64,000 nt of DNA from Candidatus Tayloriibacteriota bacterium (GCA_016215455.1 JACRJP010000004.1:155787-219786), one strand, 5' to 3'. Shown: positions 1-9,874, counted from the first letter of the stretch. Notes: a model not told the origin generated them from the sequence alone. Translations and numbers: made by a program.

Positions 1-92
1 TCGTATTCCTTTCACAAAAACTGCAGATGTTATATTCATGAATAGAGAGTTATATCTATCGTATAGGCACCATACTACCACATAATCTTTTA

Positions 93-121
93 TTGACAGA
101 GTAAAAAATAAATCGTAAATT
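93..121 (+). promoter_or_regulatory. Putative sigma70-type promoter TTGACA-17nt-TAAATT, 37 nt upstream of the GNAT ORF
   Basis: Hexamers TTGACA (93-98) and TAAATT (116-121) with 17-nt spacing, read directly from the sequence. Confidence 0.35.
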
Positions 122-157
122 TTACACAGACGTCCTCAACATTTATCCCGTCGACCT

Positions 158-631
158 ATGTCCTTTGGACCAAAGGCTTTAATTGTCCCCACCGAGACCA
201 TACTTCCACTTCGGTGGCGTGTCCTACGTCCCAACGCACCAAGCCCTGATGAGGCAAGATTTCCGGAAGACGAAATCTTTCCCAACTGGCACATCGGTAT
301 CTTTCCTGGAACATTGCTTGTTCCACGAAATGATCAACTGATGTGTTGTGCTACCTTCGTCCTCACATCAGCCGGAACCATTGTCGCTTGGCAGTTACGA
401 GGAATGGCAACTGCCCCAGAACAACGTGGCCGTGGACTTGGGAGGATCTTGCTCACACGGGCCGAGGAATACATCCTGTCGTTAAGCAGAGTTGCCCCCG
501 TTATTCTATGGTGCAATGCACGCATCGAAGCGGTGGAGTTCTACGAAAAACTCGGCTGGAAGAAAGAAGGGATTGAATTCATCATCAAAGGCATTGGCCG
601 ACACTATCGAATGACTCGGCGCCTGCGATAA
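158..631 (+). CDS. GNAT family N-acetyltransferase (GC-rich island)
   Basis: 157 aa. Motif QLRGMATAPEQRGRGLGRILL matches the GNAT acetyl-CoA binding motif A (Q/R-x-x-G-x-G/A). GC is about 50% against a background of about 38%. Confidence 0.7.
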   Translation: MSFGPKALIVPTETILPLRWRVLRPNAPSPDEARFPEDEIFPNWHIGIFPGTLLVPRNDQLMCCATFVLTSAGTIVAWQLRGMATAPEQRGRGLGRILLTRAEEYILSLSRVAPVILWCNARIEAVEFYEKLGWKKEGIEFIIKGIGRHYRMTRRLR

Positions 632-689
632 CTATCCCACTTTCGGGAATTTTTATTTCTATACAGTAGGGTGATATAATTGAATACTA

Positions 690-1259
690 ATGAAACTCAC
701 CATTGCCATCATTGCTGCGATCCTTGCAATTATTGGTAATGTTCCCTACCTCATTGATATCTTTAAGAAGAAAGTTGAACCTCATGCGTACACATGGTTT
801 GTATGGACAATTGTGTCTGGAGTAACTTTCTTTGGCCAGGTTGCAAAAGGAGCGGGTGTTGGGGCACTACCTACTGCAGCTTCTGAAATTTTTACACTTA
901 TTATTTTTATCTTCTCTCTCCGATATGGTTTCAAACATGTCACCAAAACCGACACAGTATTTCTTATAATTGCATTACTTGGACTTATTCCATGGGCTCT
1001 CACCAAGGACCCAACGATATCAGTTATTATTGTCGTAACTATTGATGTAATCGCCTTTATTCCCACTCTTCGAAAAACTTGGCTCAATCCAGGGACAGAA
1101 ACCCCGCTGTTATACGGTACGAATGCTCTTCGACATATCCTCGCACTGTTCTCACTTCAGGCATATAATATTGCAACAGTACTTCATTCATGCACCATGA
1201 TTGTTACCAACTCATGTATGACAGGAATCATCATGAAGCGACGAAACAAAAAAATATAG
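690..1259 (+). CDS. Hypothetical polytopic membrane protein
   Basis: 189 aa with several hydrophobic helices. An extended -10 element TGATATAAT lies at 672-680. No recognisable family. Confidence 0.4.
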   Translation: MKLTIAIIAAILAIIGNVPYLIDIFKKKVEPHAYTWFVWTIVSGVTFFGQVAKGAGVGALPTAASEIFTLIIFIFSLRYGFKHVTKTDTVFLIIALLGLIPWALTKDPTISVIIVVTIDVIAFIPTLRKTWLNPGTETPLLYGTNALRHILALFSLQAYNIATVLHSCTMIVTNSCMTGIIMKRRNKKI

Positions 1260-1280
1260 TACTATATACAAATACACTCT

Positions 1281-2180
1281 ATGAAAAATTACCAAATCTG
1301 GATCATTCGCATTGTATCTCTTATTCTCATAATCGGGGGAATCATCTGGTATGGAGAATATCGACGTAATCCCGTTGTTACTCAAGTCACTGAAGTCGAA
1401 CGACGCCTAGCCTCAACAACCGAAATACTCACAACACGTATACATGAAATGAGTGAGTCGATCACTGGATTGCAGCGACTTAATACCGATTTAAGTAACA
1501 CACTCCAAGATGAACAAACAAAAAATAGTATGTTTGAGGAGAAAATTAGTAAAGTCAGTGATACTGTTGGTACAATTAATAAATTGAGCACCATTGATCC
1601 TGAGCTTCTTCAAAAATATTCAAAAATATTTTTCCTCAATGAACACTATACTCCTTCTGCTCTAACAGAAATCAATGCTGAATACAGATTCCCCCGTGAT
1701 AAAAAGCTTCAGATTCATGAGAAGGTGAACCCATATCTCGAAAGAATGTTTGCTGCAGCCGCTGCAGACAAATCCCCTCTTCAGGTTGTTTCTGCATACC
1801 GATCATTTAGTGACCAAACAACTCTTAAGGCAACATACAAAATCATCTACGGAGCAGGTACCGCAAATCAATTCTCTGCAGATCAAGGATACTCAGAACA
1901 CCAACTTGGTACCACCGTTGATCTTACAACACCGAAACTAGGCTCATCATTTGATGATGGTTTTGAAAATACTCCTGCGTATACATGGTTGGTCAATAAC
2001 GCACACAAATATGGATTCGTACTTTCGTATCCAAAAAATAATAAATACTATCAATACGAACCGTGGCACTGGCGTTTCGTAGGAGTCGACCTTGCAGAAA
2101 AACTACACAGAGAAAATAAGTTCTTTTATGACCTCGACCAGCGCGTTATCGATCATTACCTATTGGTATTATTTGATTAA
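1281..2180 (+). CDS. D-alanyl-D-alanine carboxypeptidase, VanY / peptidase M15B family, N-terminal TM anchor
   Basis: Motifs SAYRSFSDQ, SEHQLGTTVDL and YEPWHWRFVG match the M15B zinc-binding H/D/H signature. Confidence 0.65.
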   Translation: MKNYQIWIIRIVSLILIIGGIIWYGEYRRNPVVTQVTEVERRLASTTEILTTRIHEMSESITGLQRLNTDLSNTLQDEQTKNSMFEEKISKVSDTVGTINKLSTIDPELLQKYSKIFFLNEHYTPSALTEINAEYRFPRDKKLQIHEKVNPYLERMFAAAAADKSPLQVVSAYRSFSDQTTLKATYKIIYGAGTANQFSADQGYSEHQLGTTVDLTTPKLGSSFDDGFENTPAYTWLVNNAHKYGFVLSYPKNNKYYQYEPWHWRFVGVDLAEKLHRENKFFYDLDQRVIDHYLLVLFD

Positions 2181-2203
2181 GATAACCACTTCAACCAGAA
2201 AGT

Positions 2204-3154
2204 ATGCGAATTTTTTTATCAAAATTACTTAACATACTTGGAATCATTGGGCTTTTAGGAGTCATTGCATATCTTGCTACAACAAATCTCCCAAAGATAA
2301 AAGATCTTCTATTTCCCCCTGAACCATGCGAACGTCCGATTTCGTATTCCCTCGATACAATTGATCTTCGATTTAACGTTTCAACAACTGAATTAATATC
2401 TATTCTCAATCAAGCAGCAAACGTATGGGAACAAGCAGCTAATAAAGATCTTTTTGTGTATGTCCCAGAAGACACGGGTACTGTAAAGATTAATCTTCTC
2501 TACGACTACCGACAAAAGACAACAAAAGACCTACAAACTCTCAACACAGTAATTGATCGAGATCAAACCACCTACGACGGTATTAAACTCACGTACGACA
2601 ACCTCATACGATCATACGGCCAACAGAAGCTAACATTCGAACAACACCTAGCTACATTCAAAAGAAATCAAGCAGAGTATGAACAACAAGTGCAATATTG
2701 GAATAAAAAAGGTGGCGCACCTCGAAATGAATACAATAATCTTGAACAAGTACGACAATCTCTCAACGTAGAGGCAGAAAATATTAAACGAGAACAAGAT
2801 GCTCTTAATTCTCTCATTCCTACTATCCGATCAACAGAAAATGAACTCAACACTCTAGCAAAGAAACTCAATCTTACCGTTTCAAATTTTAATACAACAG
2901 CGTCATCAGTCAAAGAAGAATTCAATGAGGGTGAATATATAAGCGACTCTGAAGGAGAAAGAATAAATATTTATCAATTTGATACTAAAGAAAAATTACT
3001 TCGTGTCATGATTCATGAACTTGGTCATGCTCTAGGACTTGACCATAATGATAATCCTCAAGCGATCATGTATCGTCTTAATTCAGGTAGTACCGTCAAA
3101 CTTGCAACTGAAGATGTTGCAAGTCTCAAACAACTTTGCAAGTTGACAGAATAG
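2204..3154 (+). CDS. Zinc metalloprotease, metzincin (matrixin-like, HExxHxxGxxH)
   Basis: HELGHALGLDH followed by a Met-turn (IMY). N-terminal TM helix. Confidence 0.55.
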   Translation: MRIFLSKLLNILGIIGLLGVIAYLATTNLPKIKDLLFPPEPCERPISYSLDTIDLRFNVSTTELISILNQAANVWEQAANKDLFVYVPEDTGTVKINLLYDYRQKTTKDLQTLNTVIDRDQTTYDGIKLTYDNLIRSYGQQKLTFEQHLATFKRNQAEYEQQVQYWNKKGGAPRNEYNNLEQVRQSLNVEAENIKREQDALNSLIPTIRSTENELNTLAKKLNLTVSNFNTTASSVKEEFNEGEYISDSEGERINIYQFDTKEKLLRVMIHELGHALGLDHNDNPQAIMYRLNSGSTVKLATEDVASLKQLCKLTE

Positions 3155-3201
3155 GTTGTGAGTATTAGTTTTGAAGATAGATTCAACCTTACATTCACCC
3201 C

Positions 3202-3435
3202 GTGAAACTCCACTTGCTTAGGCTTTTGGCCCACATTCTGTTATGGGTATCAAACCTCATCACCATCGGCTTTATCTTGGTATTCCTCACCCGAGGGATC
3301 TTTGATGTAAGCGCATCCCTTTGGAATGGTCTCTTCTACGAGCCATCCTATGGCTTCTTGTTCTTGGCAGCCAATGCGACTGTCATGATTGGAACAAGCT
3401 TAACCCTCTTCATTGGAAAGAAAGGCTCACAATGA
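3202..3435 (+). CDS. Small membrane protein, possible half-transporter partner of the next gene
   Basis: 77 aa with two hydrophobic helices. Its stop overlaps the next start in an ATGA arrangement (translational coupling). Confidence 0.3.
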   Translation: MKLHLLRLLAHILLWVSNLITIGFILVFLTRGIFDVSASLWNGLFYEPSYGFLFLAANATVMIGTSLTLFIGKKGSQ

Positions 3436-3866
3436 GCTGGCAACACTTTTCCTTAGCTTCGTGTTTTCTGTGGGGCTTAACTGGAATCTTTTGCATCAAG
3501 GCGTCAGCAACGGGTCAGAACAACACAGTGTCTTTCCTAGCTTACGTCATCGCATTTGTGTTCACAGCCTTTACAACCTCAATCTCCCAACTTCGGAGTG
3601 GGATGACCTATGATGGAAAGTCACTAGGATTTGCATTCGGTGCTGGGCTCTGTTCAGCTCTCGCAATTATCCTTCAATTCAAAGCACTTGCAGGTTGGAA
3701 AGATCAATCTGCGTGGATCGTGCTCATTGGATGTTTGAATGGAGTAATTGTGGTGCTATACACCCTGTTCTCAGGAGAACGATTCTCCGTGACAAAGTGG
3801 ATGGGTGTCATTTTTGCCATAGTAGCCATTGTGCTCCTCAACTGGCCAAGCAAAGAATCGCGATAA
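3432..3866 (+). CDS. EamA-like (DMT superfamily) small membrane protein
   Basis: Start taken at the internal Met MSWQHF, which overlaps the upstream stop. Four predicted TM helices. The C-terminus GVIFAIVAIVLLNW is typical of an EamA domain. Confidence 0.35.
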   Translation: MSWQHFSLASCFLWGLTGIFCIKASATGQNNTVSFLAYVIAFVFTAFTTSISQLRSGMTYDGKSLGFAFGAGLCSALAIILQFKALAGWKDQSAWIVLIGCLNGVIVVLYTLFSGERFSVTKWMGVIFAIVAIVLLNWPSKESR

Positions 3867-3912
3867 ACTTTGCATTTTTATTTAACACAATAACTAGTGC
3901 TACAATACTAAA

Positions 3913-4077
3913 ATGGACTCAAAAAAGTTAATCTGGTTTGGAATGATAGCAGGTTCATTTATCGGTAGTATTATTCCCATGACTTGGGGAGCAAGTTCAC
4001 TTTCTATCTCTTCGATTGTTTTTACAGCCATTGGTGGCTGTATTGGGATTATCCTCGCTTTCAAAATAAGCCACTAA
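3913..4077 (+). CDS. Small hydrophobic protein (54 aa)
   Basis: ORF below the track threshold: MDSKKLIWFGMIAGSFIGSIIPMTWGAS...ILAFKISH. Two TM segments. Confidence 0.2.
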   Translation: MDSKKLIWFGMIAGSFIGSIIPMTWGASSLSISSIVFTAIGGCIGIILAFKISH

Positions 4078-4090
4078 GAACAACATCATC

Positions 4091-5251
4091 CTAGTGATGA
4101 TGTTGGTGTCCATCAATAGCAGCCAGCTCTGCTTTAATGTTTTGTTCTGAATTTTCTTCCGAATGAGGATTTTTCTTTACGAGCATTACTACAGAAATAT
4201 AGGTAGTAATAGGTACTGCCAAAACAAGTCCGATACTACCAACAAGAGTACGAACTATTTCAGTTGAAAATATTTCTTTATTAAGTGTTAAAGCAACAGG
4301 TGCATTTGAAGCAAAAAATAAGAGGAGAAGAGGTAGTGATGCACCGACGTATGCAATAGCGAGTGTATTTACAAGTGCACCAATATGTTCCCTTCCCATA
4401 CGAAGAGCTCGACGATAGATTTTTGTTCGAGATATATGTGGACCAAGAGCATGTAACTCCTCCACCGATACTGCTTGTCCGATTGCAACATCATATAGAA
4501 CCCCAAGAAGACCGATCATAATTCCACCAAAAAGAAGTCCTGTAAAATTAAGTGAACCTCCTGTGCTCATATTGAGATAGATTGCTTCGTCAGATTCAAA
4601 TCCACTTAAATGCGTTCCTAAAACTGCAAAATATCCGAATACACCAGTAACAATAACAGTTAAAATCATACCAACAACAGCAGACGATGTTGTACGATTC
4701 CATCCATGAGTAACATACGAGCCGACCACTATAATAAGTGATGAGACAAAAATACTCATGAGAACTGGTTGATACCCATGAAGAATTCCGGGCAACAATA
4801 CTCCAAGAATCAATACTAGACTTCCCAAAAGACTCACTAATCCGCGTACCCCCTGCATTCCACCAAAAATAATTACAAGAATTATAAATATAACTCCAAG
4901 AGCTATAAGAAAATTGAGACGATATGGATCTTGAACCGAATAAAGCTTCGCTCCGTCCTCAGTTCGTGTTGTTTCAAGAAGGAATATCTTATCACCCGCA
5001 GACAATCGCATATAATCATTCGATACTGAAATTTGCTTACCGCGCTCCAAACCTTCTGTTATCTCAACAGTCAAAGTTTGCTGTAATCCTTTCAGTCCTA
5101 GACCTGGTGTTATCGACTCAACCTCTGAATCAATACTCACTACACGAGCAACATATGACTTTTCAGTATCGTGTATGATTTCAGCACCAAATGTAATATT
5201 CGGGATAAGACATAGTAGGCCGATAAGACTCGCATATACGAATTTATTCAT
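4091..5251 (-). CDS. YibE/F family membrane protein
   Basis: Start taken at MNKFVYASLIG (ATG at 5251), which gives a signal peptide and avoids overlap with the upstream pilin gene. Polytopic; the YibE/F assignment is from memory of that family's consensus. Confidence 0.5.
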   Translation of the reverse strand: MNKFVYASLIGLLCLIPNITFGAEIIHDTEKSYVARVVSIDSEVESITPGLGLKGLQQTLTVEITEGLERGKQISVSNDYMRLSAGDKIFLLETTRTEDGAKLYSVQDPYRLNFLIALGVIFIILVIIFGGMQGVRGLVSLLGSLVLILGVLLPGILHGYQPVLMSIFVSSLIIVVGSYVTHGWNRTTSSAVVGMILTVIVTGVFGYFAVLGTHLSGFESDEAIYLNMSTGGSLNFTGLLFGGIMIGLLGVLYDVAIGQAVSVEELHALGPHISRTKIYRRALRMGREHIGALVNTLAIAYVGASLPLLLLFFASNAPVALTLNKEIFSTEIVRTLVGSIGLVLAVPITTYISVVMLVKKNPHSEENSEQNIKAELAAIDGHQHHH

Positions 5252-5288
5252 CCTGCTATTATAGTACAGACGAGAAACAAAGCCACAT

Positions 5289-5741
5289 CTATCGAACAGC
5301 AGTAATAGAAGGATTAATTTCTCCCGTTGAACTTGCAGTAATACGCCCACGAGAATCCTGGTAGATAACGTATCCCGTATCATAGTCTGTTGTCGTTGCG
5401 AAATGAGCACCCGGTAAACTTGGATCAAACGGTACAACCGAAATATAGTCAGGTACGATACATGTAGCAAGATCAAACCCTCCTGGGAATTTTATTGGCG
5501 TTGATGTCGATGGCAACATCGTCTGATTTCCTCTACAAACTAGTATTCCTTGATTCTCAGACATATTCTGACTAACCGCATTTACAATTGCACTCACATT
5601 ACTCATACGCTGTGCATCTCGTGCAAGCTTAAACTGTCGAGCAGGATTCACAGCAACAAGAGCGACAGATGACAGGATTGCAATAATACCAATCACAATA
5701 AGAACTTCGAGCAAAGTAAAACCTCTTTTTTTATTTTTCAT
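5289..5741 (-). CDS. Type IV pilin / pseudopilin (prepilin-type N-terminal cleavage/methylation domain)
   Basis: N-terminus MKNKKRGFTLLEVLIVIGIIAIL carries the class III signal-peptide motif G-F-T-L-L-E. Confidence 0.65.
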   Translation of the reverse strand: MKNKKRGFTLLEVLIVIGIIAILSSVALVAVNPARQFKLARDAQRMSNVSAIVNAVSQNMSENQGILVCRGNQTMLPSTSTPIKFPGGFDLATCIVPDYISVVPFDPSLPGAHFATTTDYDTGYVIYQDSRGRITASSTGEINPSITAVR

Positions 5742-5822
5742 CGACGTACATAATTACTAATAATACGAATGTAGTATCTCAAACTATGCATGAAATTCTC
5801 ATAAAGAAGTGATAATTTTTTA

Positions 5823-6200
5823 CTAAAAGATTCGTCTCAAAATACCCGTTATCTCATCGAGTCTATAATTAATAACGGTTGTTGATGCATATAACGAAGA
5901 AAACACTTCGATCTTAATCGAACCATTTTGTAGATATAGAGGTGTACTAGAAAGAATTCGACAAGTATCCATCAAAACGGTCGAAGTACTGACATATGAT
6001 CTCCCTGCAATAGCTCGCAAAGCTATCTCCGTACACGAGATGAGTTTTTGCTCAACAGTAAATTTTTCATACATATATACAGACCTCTCGTAATATTCAT
6101 GTACCAAAGCTGTAGCATACAGTCCCAAGCAAATAATTGTAGTATTAGTAGTAATAAGAACACACCACGCAATAAATCCTTGAGATCTTTTTATATTCAT
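5823..6200 (-). CDS. Hypothetical pilus-operon protein, degenerate pilin-like N-terminus
   Basis: N-terminus SQGFIAWCVLI lacks the Glu at +5. The gene sits in the pilus operon and overlaps the upstream ORF stop in an ATGA arrangement. Confidence 0.35.
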   Translation of the reverse strand: MNIKRSQGFIAWCVLITTNTTIICLGLYATALVHEYYERSVYMYEKFTVEQKLISCTEIALRAIAGRSYVSTSTVLMDTCRILSSTPLYLQNGSIKIEVFSSLYASTTVINYRLDEITGILRRIF

Positions 6201-6334
6201 AGAGAAGTTTCAATATGATGAATAACCCTCCACATCCCCTTCCCGATCTGCATCGTAGAGGATAGTAACACCACACTAATAAGCATAGTGAGTCCAATAT
6301 AGACAATACACTCAATGAGAACGTTTCCTTTCAT
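6197..6334 (-). CDS. Small pseudopilin-like protein (45 aa), absent from the ORF track
   Basis: Manual translation: MKGNVLIECIVYIGLTMLISVVLLSSTMQIGKGMWRVIHHIETSL. Prepilin-like motif G-N-V-L-I-E. Starts 5 nt after the upstream stop and overlaps the downstream start. Confidence 0.3.
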   Translation of the reverse strand: MKGNVLIECIVYIGLTMLISVVLLSSTMQIGKGMWRVIHHIETSL

Positions 6335-6339
6335 AATTA

Positions 6340-7692
6340 TTATCGAGTGATCATAACTACACTTTGCTGTCCAAGTATCGCAAGAGAATTATCTGTACAC
6401 ATCATTGATTTTGGTTTTTCATTAAGAGCAAGGATACCGACAGGTAGAATACTTTTTGTGTAATCTTCTACACGACCAAGATACGAGATACCTCCTCCGA
6501 TAACAGCTAATATTGTCGTACCCGATGAAACTACTCCATATATGCCACTTCCAATATCAGTACTTGTCGCGAGTTTTATTGATCCATTAGTACGATTCAT
6601 CACAAACAATTCATGATTTGTGACTATATTAAAACCTCCTACAGTCCTCCCTAATGTAAGTAGTCGTGGCAAGATATTAATTCTTTTACCCTCTTGAACA
6701 GATGCACCAGTAGGAGTAAAACTCCATACTCGACTTAGAGTAGATTCTTGTACTCGATATTCAGCAAATTGTGGGTCAGATGAGAGTGCAACAAAAATAG
6801 AATAACCATCCAATGCAATATCTTGTACCATTGAATTCGTTTCAGCGGTAAAAGAATTCTTTGGATGTAACGGATCTGATACATCAATCATCTGTAATTC
6901 GGAACCATTCCATTTCTCAGTTCCCATATAAATAATACCGTTTTGATATGCTAAAACTGATGGATCTGGAGGACTTGTTGTTGCTGTCGGTAGAGGAAGT
7001 TTAAATTCTTGTACCACAACAGGGTGTTCAGGAGATTGCAGATCAATAATTTGCAACTGAGAGGCAACGGATGTGTTTCCAGCATAAAGATATCGACCTG
7101 AAGCTACTAAAGTAGAGATTCCTGGACCGGTCGTTAGTGTTGCAACTACATGTAATGTAGGGACCATATCAATCACATAAATGTCAGGATCACTCAATGT
7201 TGCAGTATCGTTTGATACAATTAAATACCTATCATACGGAACGATTGCAGTAAGATTTGCAGAAGGAATTGTAATAGCATCTTTTTGTATAAAACCCACT
7301 GAAGTCCCTGTCATCACGCCGCACCAAGCATTATTCTGAACATCACCGTAACGAGAAAAAACTCTTTCTCCTTGAACCATTTCTGAGCCCTGTAGACCAG
7401 TAACAGAAACATGCACCTTGCTTGTAACACGATCAATGTCGGTAAATATTGTCGTATTAATAGTCGCTGATGTTGTCGCCACAAGTGGAGTAGGATCTTT
7501 TCCAACAATATCTTCATACTTTGTATATTGACCAAGTATTGTTGTGAGTTGTTGTACATGTAGATTTCTTCTCGTATCACGCTCAACAGTTTGCGTAAGG
7601 TGCACATACCATGTATATCCAACAGCTATATATACGGTACCTACCGCACATACAACCATAACTTCAATGAGGCTATATCCTTTTTGAAACAT
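6340..7692 (-). CDS. Large pilin-like protein (prepilin N-terminus) with beta-propeller-like repeats
   Basis: N-terminus MFQKGYSLIEVMVV (G-Y-S-L-I-E). Repeated segments such as YLYAGNTSVASQLQIIDL, GIIYMGTEKWNGSELQMIDV and GYSIFVALSSDPQFAEYRV resemble LVIVD / propeller blades. Confidence 0.5.
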   Translation of the reverse strand: MFQKGYSLIEVMVVCAVGTVYIAVGYTWYVHLTQTVERDTRRNLHVQQLTTILGQYTKYEDIVGKDPTPLVATTSATINTTIFTDIDRVTSKVHVSVTGLQGSEMVQGERVFSRYGDVQNNAWCGVMTGTSVGFIQKDAITIPSANLTAIVPYDRYLIVSNDTATLSDPDIYVIDMVPTLHVVATLTTGPGISTLVASGRYLYAGNTSVASQLQIIDLQSPEHPVVVQEFKLPLPTATTSPPDPSVLAYQNGIIYMGTEKWNGSELQMIDVSDPLHPKNSFTAETNSMVQDIALDGYSIFVALSSDPQFAEYRVQESTLSRVWSFTPTGASVQEGKRINILPRLLTLGRTVGGFNIVTNHELFVMNRTNGSIKLATSTDIGSGIYGVVSSGTTILAVIGGGISYLGRVEDYTKSILPVGILALNEKPKSMMCTDNSLAILGQQSVVMITR

Positions 7693-7695
7693 ACG

Positions 7696-8829
7696 TTATG
7701 GAGTTGTACTAATATTTGAAGTAACTGAATATAAAGGCAACATGAAAGCAAGAGCGACGAGTGCGACAACACAACCTAACAACAGCATGACGAGTGGTTC
7801 AGCAAGCTTAAGTACAATATTTATTTTCTTTGTAAGTTGCTCTGATGCCCTGTCCGCAATTCGTCCACACATTTGAGGTAGCATTCCTCCTCGTTCGCCT
7901 ATAAGAATAAGTTCACCAGCTTCTGGAATAAAGAGAAATTTGAACTGCCGCACAATATCAGAGAATGTCTTACCCCGCGATGTTTGTTCTATAGCTTCAG
8001 TGAGCATTACCACATATTGTTTCTGTGAAGTCATTACTTGAGCATTTTTGAGGGCATTATCAATCCGCGCGTCTGTCTCAAGAAAGATAGCGAGGGTACG
8101 AAATATGAGTATAGTATTTTTTAACACTATCAGATGACGAAATTCAGGAATTTTAAATATAACCCTATCCACAATATGTCGTATTTTTGTATGTCGCATA
8201 AAAAACACACTACACACCAATATAAGAACCGCACCAAAAATTCCCATATACCAAAACCGCTGAATTCCCCCGACGATGAAAATCAATATTCGTGTCAAAA
8301 GAGGTAAGGTAATCTTCATACCAATAAGCACAGGTAATATCTTGGGAAAGATATACAACACCAAAAAGCCGATCAACGAACCCATAGCGACAATGAGGAT
8401 ACATGGATATAAAGAAGCCATGAGTATACTCTGGCGTATCTTTTTCTGTTCAGATATATATTGTGCAGTCAGTGACAATATATCTTGCACAGAACCATGT
8501 ACCTCCCCCACCTGAAGCATCGCAAGTGTCACAGGATGAATTTTAGGAAATACTCTTTGAAGAGACTCAGAGAAAGTGTGTCCAGCTTCAATGGAATGAA
8601 CACATTGAACGATCTCTTTATTGTATGGATGCTTATCATACATCACAACAAGAAGCCTCATTGCGTCGGTGAGAGTTGGAGTACACTGTAATAAATCCAC
8701 TAATCGTGGAATACATATATTCTCGAAGAATTGACTTTGTCGTCTTTTAGAATAACTCTCTACCAAACACTCGATCGACTTCTTCAATGGTAGTGTAACC
8801 TTCTGTAATAAGTTTTTTAGCTTTTTCAT
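7696..8829 (-). CDS. pilC: Type II secretion / type IV pilus platform protein, GspF/PilC family
   Basis: Two GspF domains, e.g. SIEAGHTFSESLQRVFPKIHPVTLAMLQVGEVHGSVQDIL. The ORF is open up to 8916. The start was chosen at MKKLKNLLQK and is uncertain; it overlaps the pilB 3' end by about 80 nt. Confidence 0.75.
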   Translation of the reverse strand: MKKLKNLLQKVTLPLKKSIECLVESYSKRRQSQFFENICIPRLVDLLQCTPTLTDAMRLLVVMYDKHPYNKEIVQCVHSIEAGHTFSESLQRVFPKIHPVTLAMLQVGEVHGSVQDILSLTAQYISEQKKIRQSILMASLYPCILIVAMGSLIGFLVLYIFPKILPVLIGMKITLPLLTRILIFIVGGIQRFWYMGIFGAVLILVCSVFFMRHTKIRHIVDRVIFKIPEFRHLIVLKNTILIFRTLAIFLETDARIDNALKNAQVMTSQKQYVVMLTEAIEQTSRGKTFSDIVRQFKFLFIPEAGELILIGERGGMLPQMCGRIADRASEQLTKKINIVLKLAEPLVMLLLGCVVALVALAFMLPLYSVTSNISTTP

Positions 8830-9874
8830 AGAGAGTAAGATTACCTTGGCTATACTGCAACTTACGGAGCAGTTTTGGTTGTAATGAGGTACGTAGATGC
8901 TGTTGAACTTTTTCATCTATAGCAAGAATCTCATACACCCCTATTCGACCGTTGTATCCAGTCAAAAAGCATTCTGCACAACCACGAGCATTACATGCAC
9001 CACACTTCTTACGAACAAGTCTCTGAGAAATTAAAAGGGTCACCGCCGAAGCAATCAATGAAGTCTCAAGACCGAGATCCTGCAAACGAACACAGCCCTG
9101 AACACAATCTTTTGCATGAAGTGACGACACAACAAGATGTCCTGTTAATGCCGCATTCATTACAACAACAGCAGTTTCTTTATCACGCATTTCTCCTACC
9201 ATGATAACGTCTGGGTCCTGACGTAAGAGGGCTCTCAATCCCTGAGCAAACGTGATATTTTGTCGAGGAGAAACTTGAACCTGTCGAATTCCTTCTAACT
9301 CTGACTCAACAGGATCTTCGATAGTTACAAGCACCCGTGCTTGGCTATATAGATGCCGCAGAAAAGTATACAGAGTTGTTGTCTTTCCTGAGCCTGTTGG
9401 CCCTACAACACAAATACACCCTTGAGGTTGAGCTAGTGCATTCCGAATTTTCTTTGCCTCTTCTGAAGTACATCCGAGTTCCTCAAGAGAAAGTTCAGTG
9501 TTGTTATTCTTAAGAATTCGCACAACACAATTTTCTCCATGATACGTAGGCATAATCGATATGCGCAAATCAACTATGGAATTATCACTGAACTCATAGT
9601 GGATACGTCCATCATGCATGTGCATGTGTTCATCAGTTCGAATACCCGCCAATACTTTAAACCGAGCGATAATTTCTCTATGCGGACATTTAAAATTAGT
9701 AAGTGTTCCTCCAAGAATTCCATTCTTACGGAAACTCACATAAGTACCTCCGCGATGATAATCAATATGAATATCTGAAACTCCAGACATCACAGCATAT
9801 TTCACCAGACCCTCGACCAAAGTTGGTGCAGAATATACCAATACAAGTTCAGATATATCATTTTGATATGTCAT
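8747..9874 (-). CDS. pilB: Type IV pilus assembly ATPase, GspE/PilB family (short form)
   Basis: Walker A VGPTGSGKTTT, a Walker B / Asp box, and a C-terminal tetracysteine CGAC...CAEC. Confidence 0.85.
   Translation of the reverse strand: MTYQNDISELVLVYSAPTLVEGLVKYAVMSGVSDIHIDYHRGGTYVSFRKNGILGGTLTNFKCPHREIIARFKVLAGIRTDEHMHMHDGRIHYEFSDNSIVDLRISIMPTYHGENCVVRILKNNNTELSLEELGCTSEEAKKIRNALAQPQGCICVVGPTGSGKTTTLYTFLRHLYSQARVLVTIEDPVESELEGIRQVQVSPRQNITFAQGLRALLRQDPDVIMVGEMRDKETAVVVMNAALTGHLVVSSLHAKDCVQGCVRLQDLGLETSLIASAVTLLISQRLVRKKCGACNARGCAECFLTGYNGRIGVYEILAIDEKVQQHLRTSLQPKLLRKLQYSQGNLTLYEKAKKLITEGYTTIEEVDRVFGRELF

Noticed and set aside
8830-8916. Using the first ATG (8916) as the pilC start
   Set aside because: That start would create a 170-nt overlap with the pilB 3' end, and the extra N-terminal residues (MKKFNSIYVPHYNQNCSVSC...) are Cys/Asn-rich and unlike GspF N-termini. 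An internal Met at 8829 was preferred, but the true start remains uncertain.
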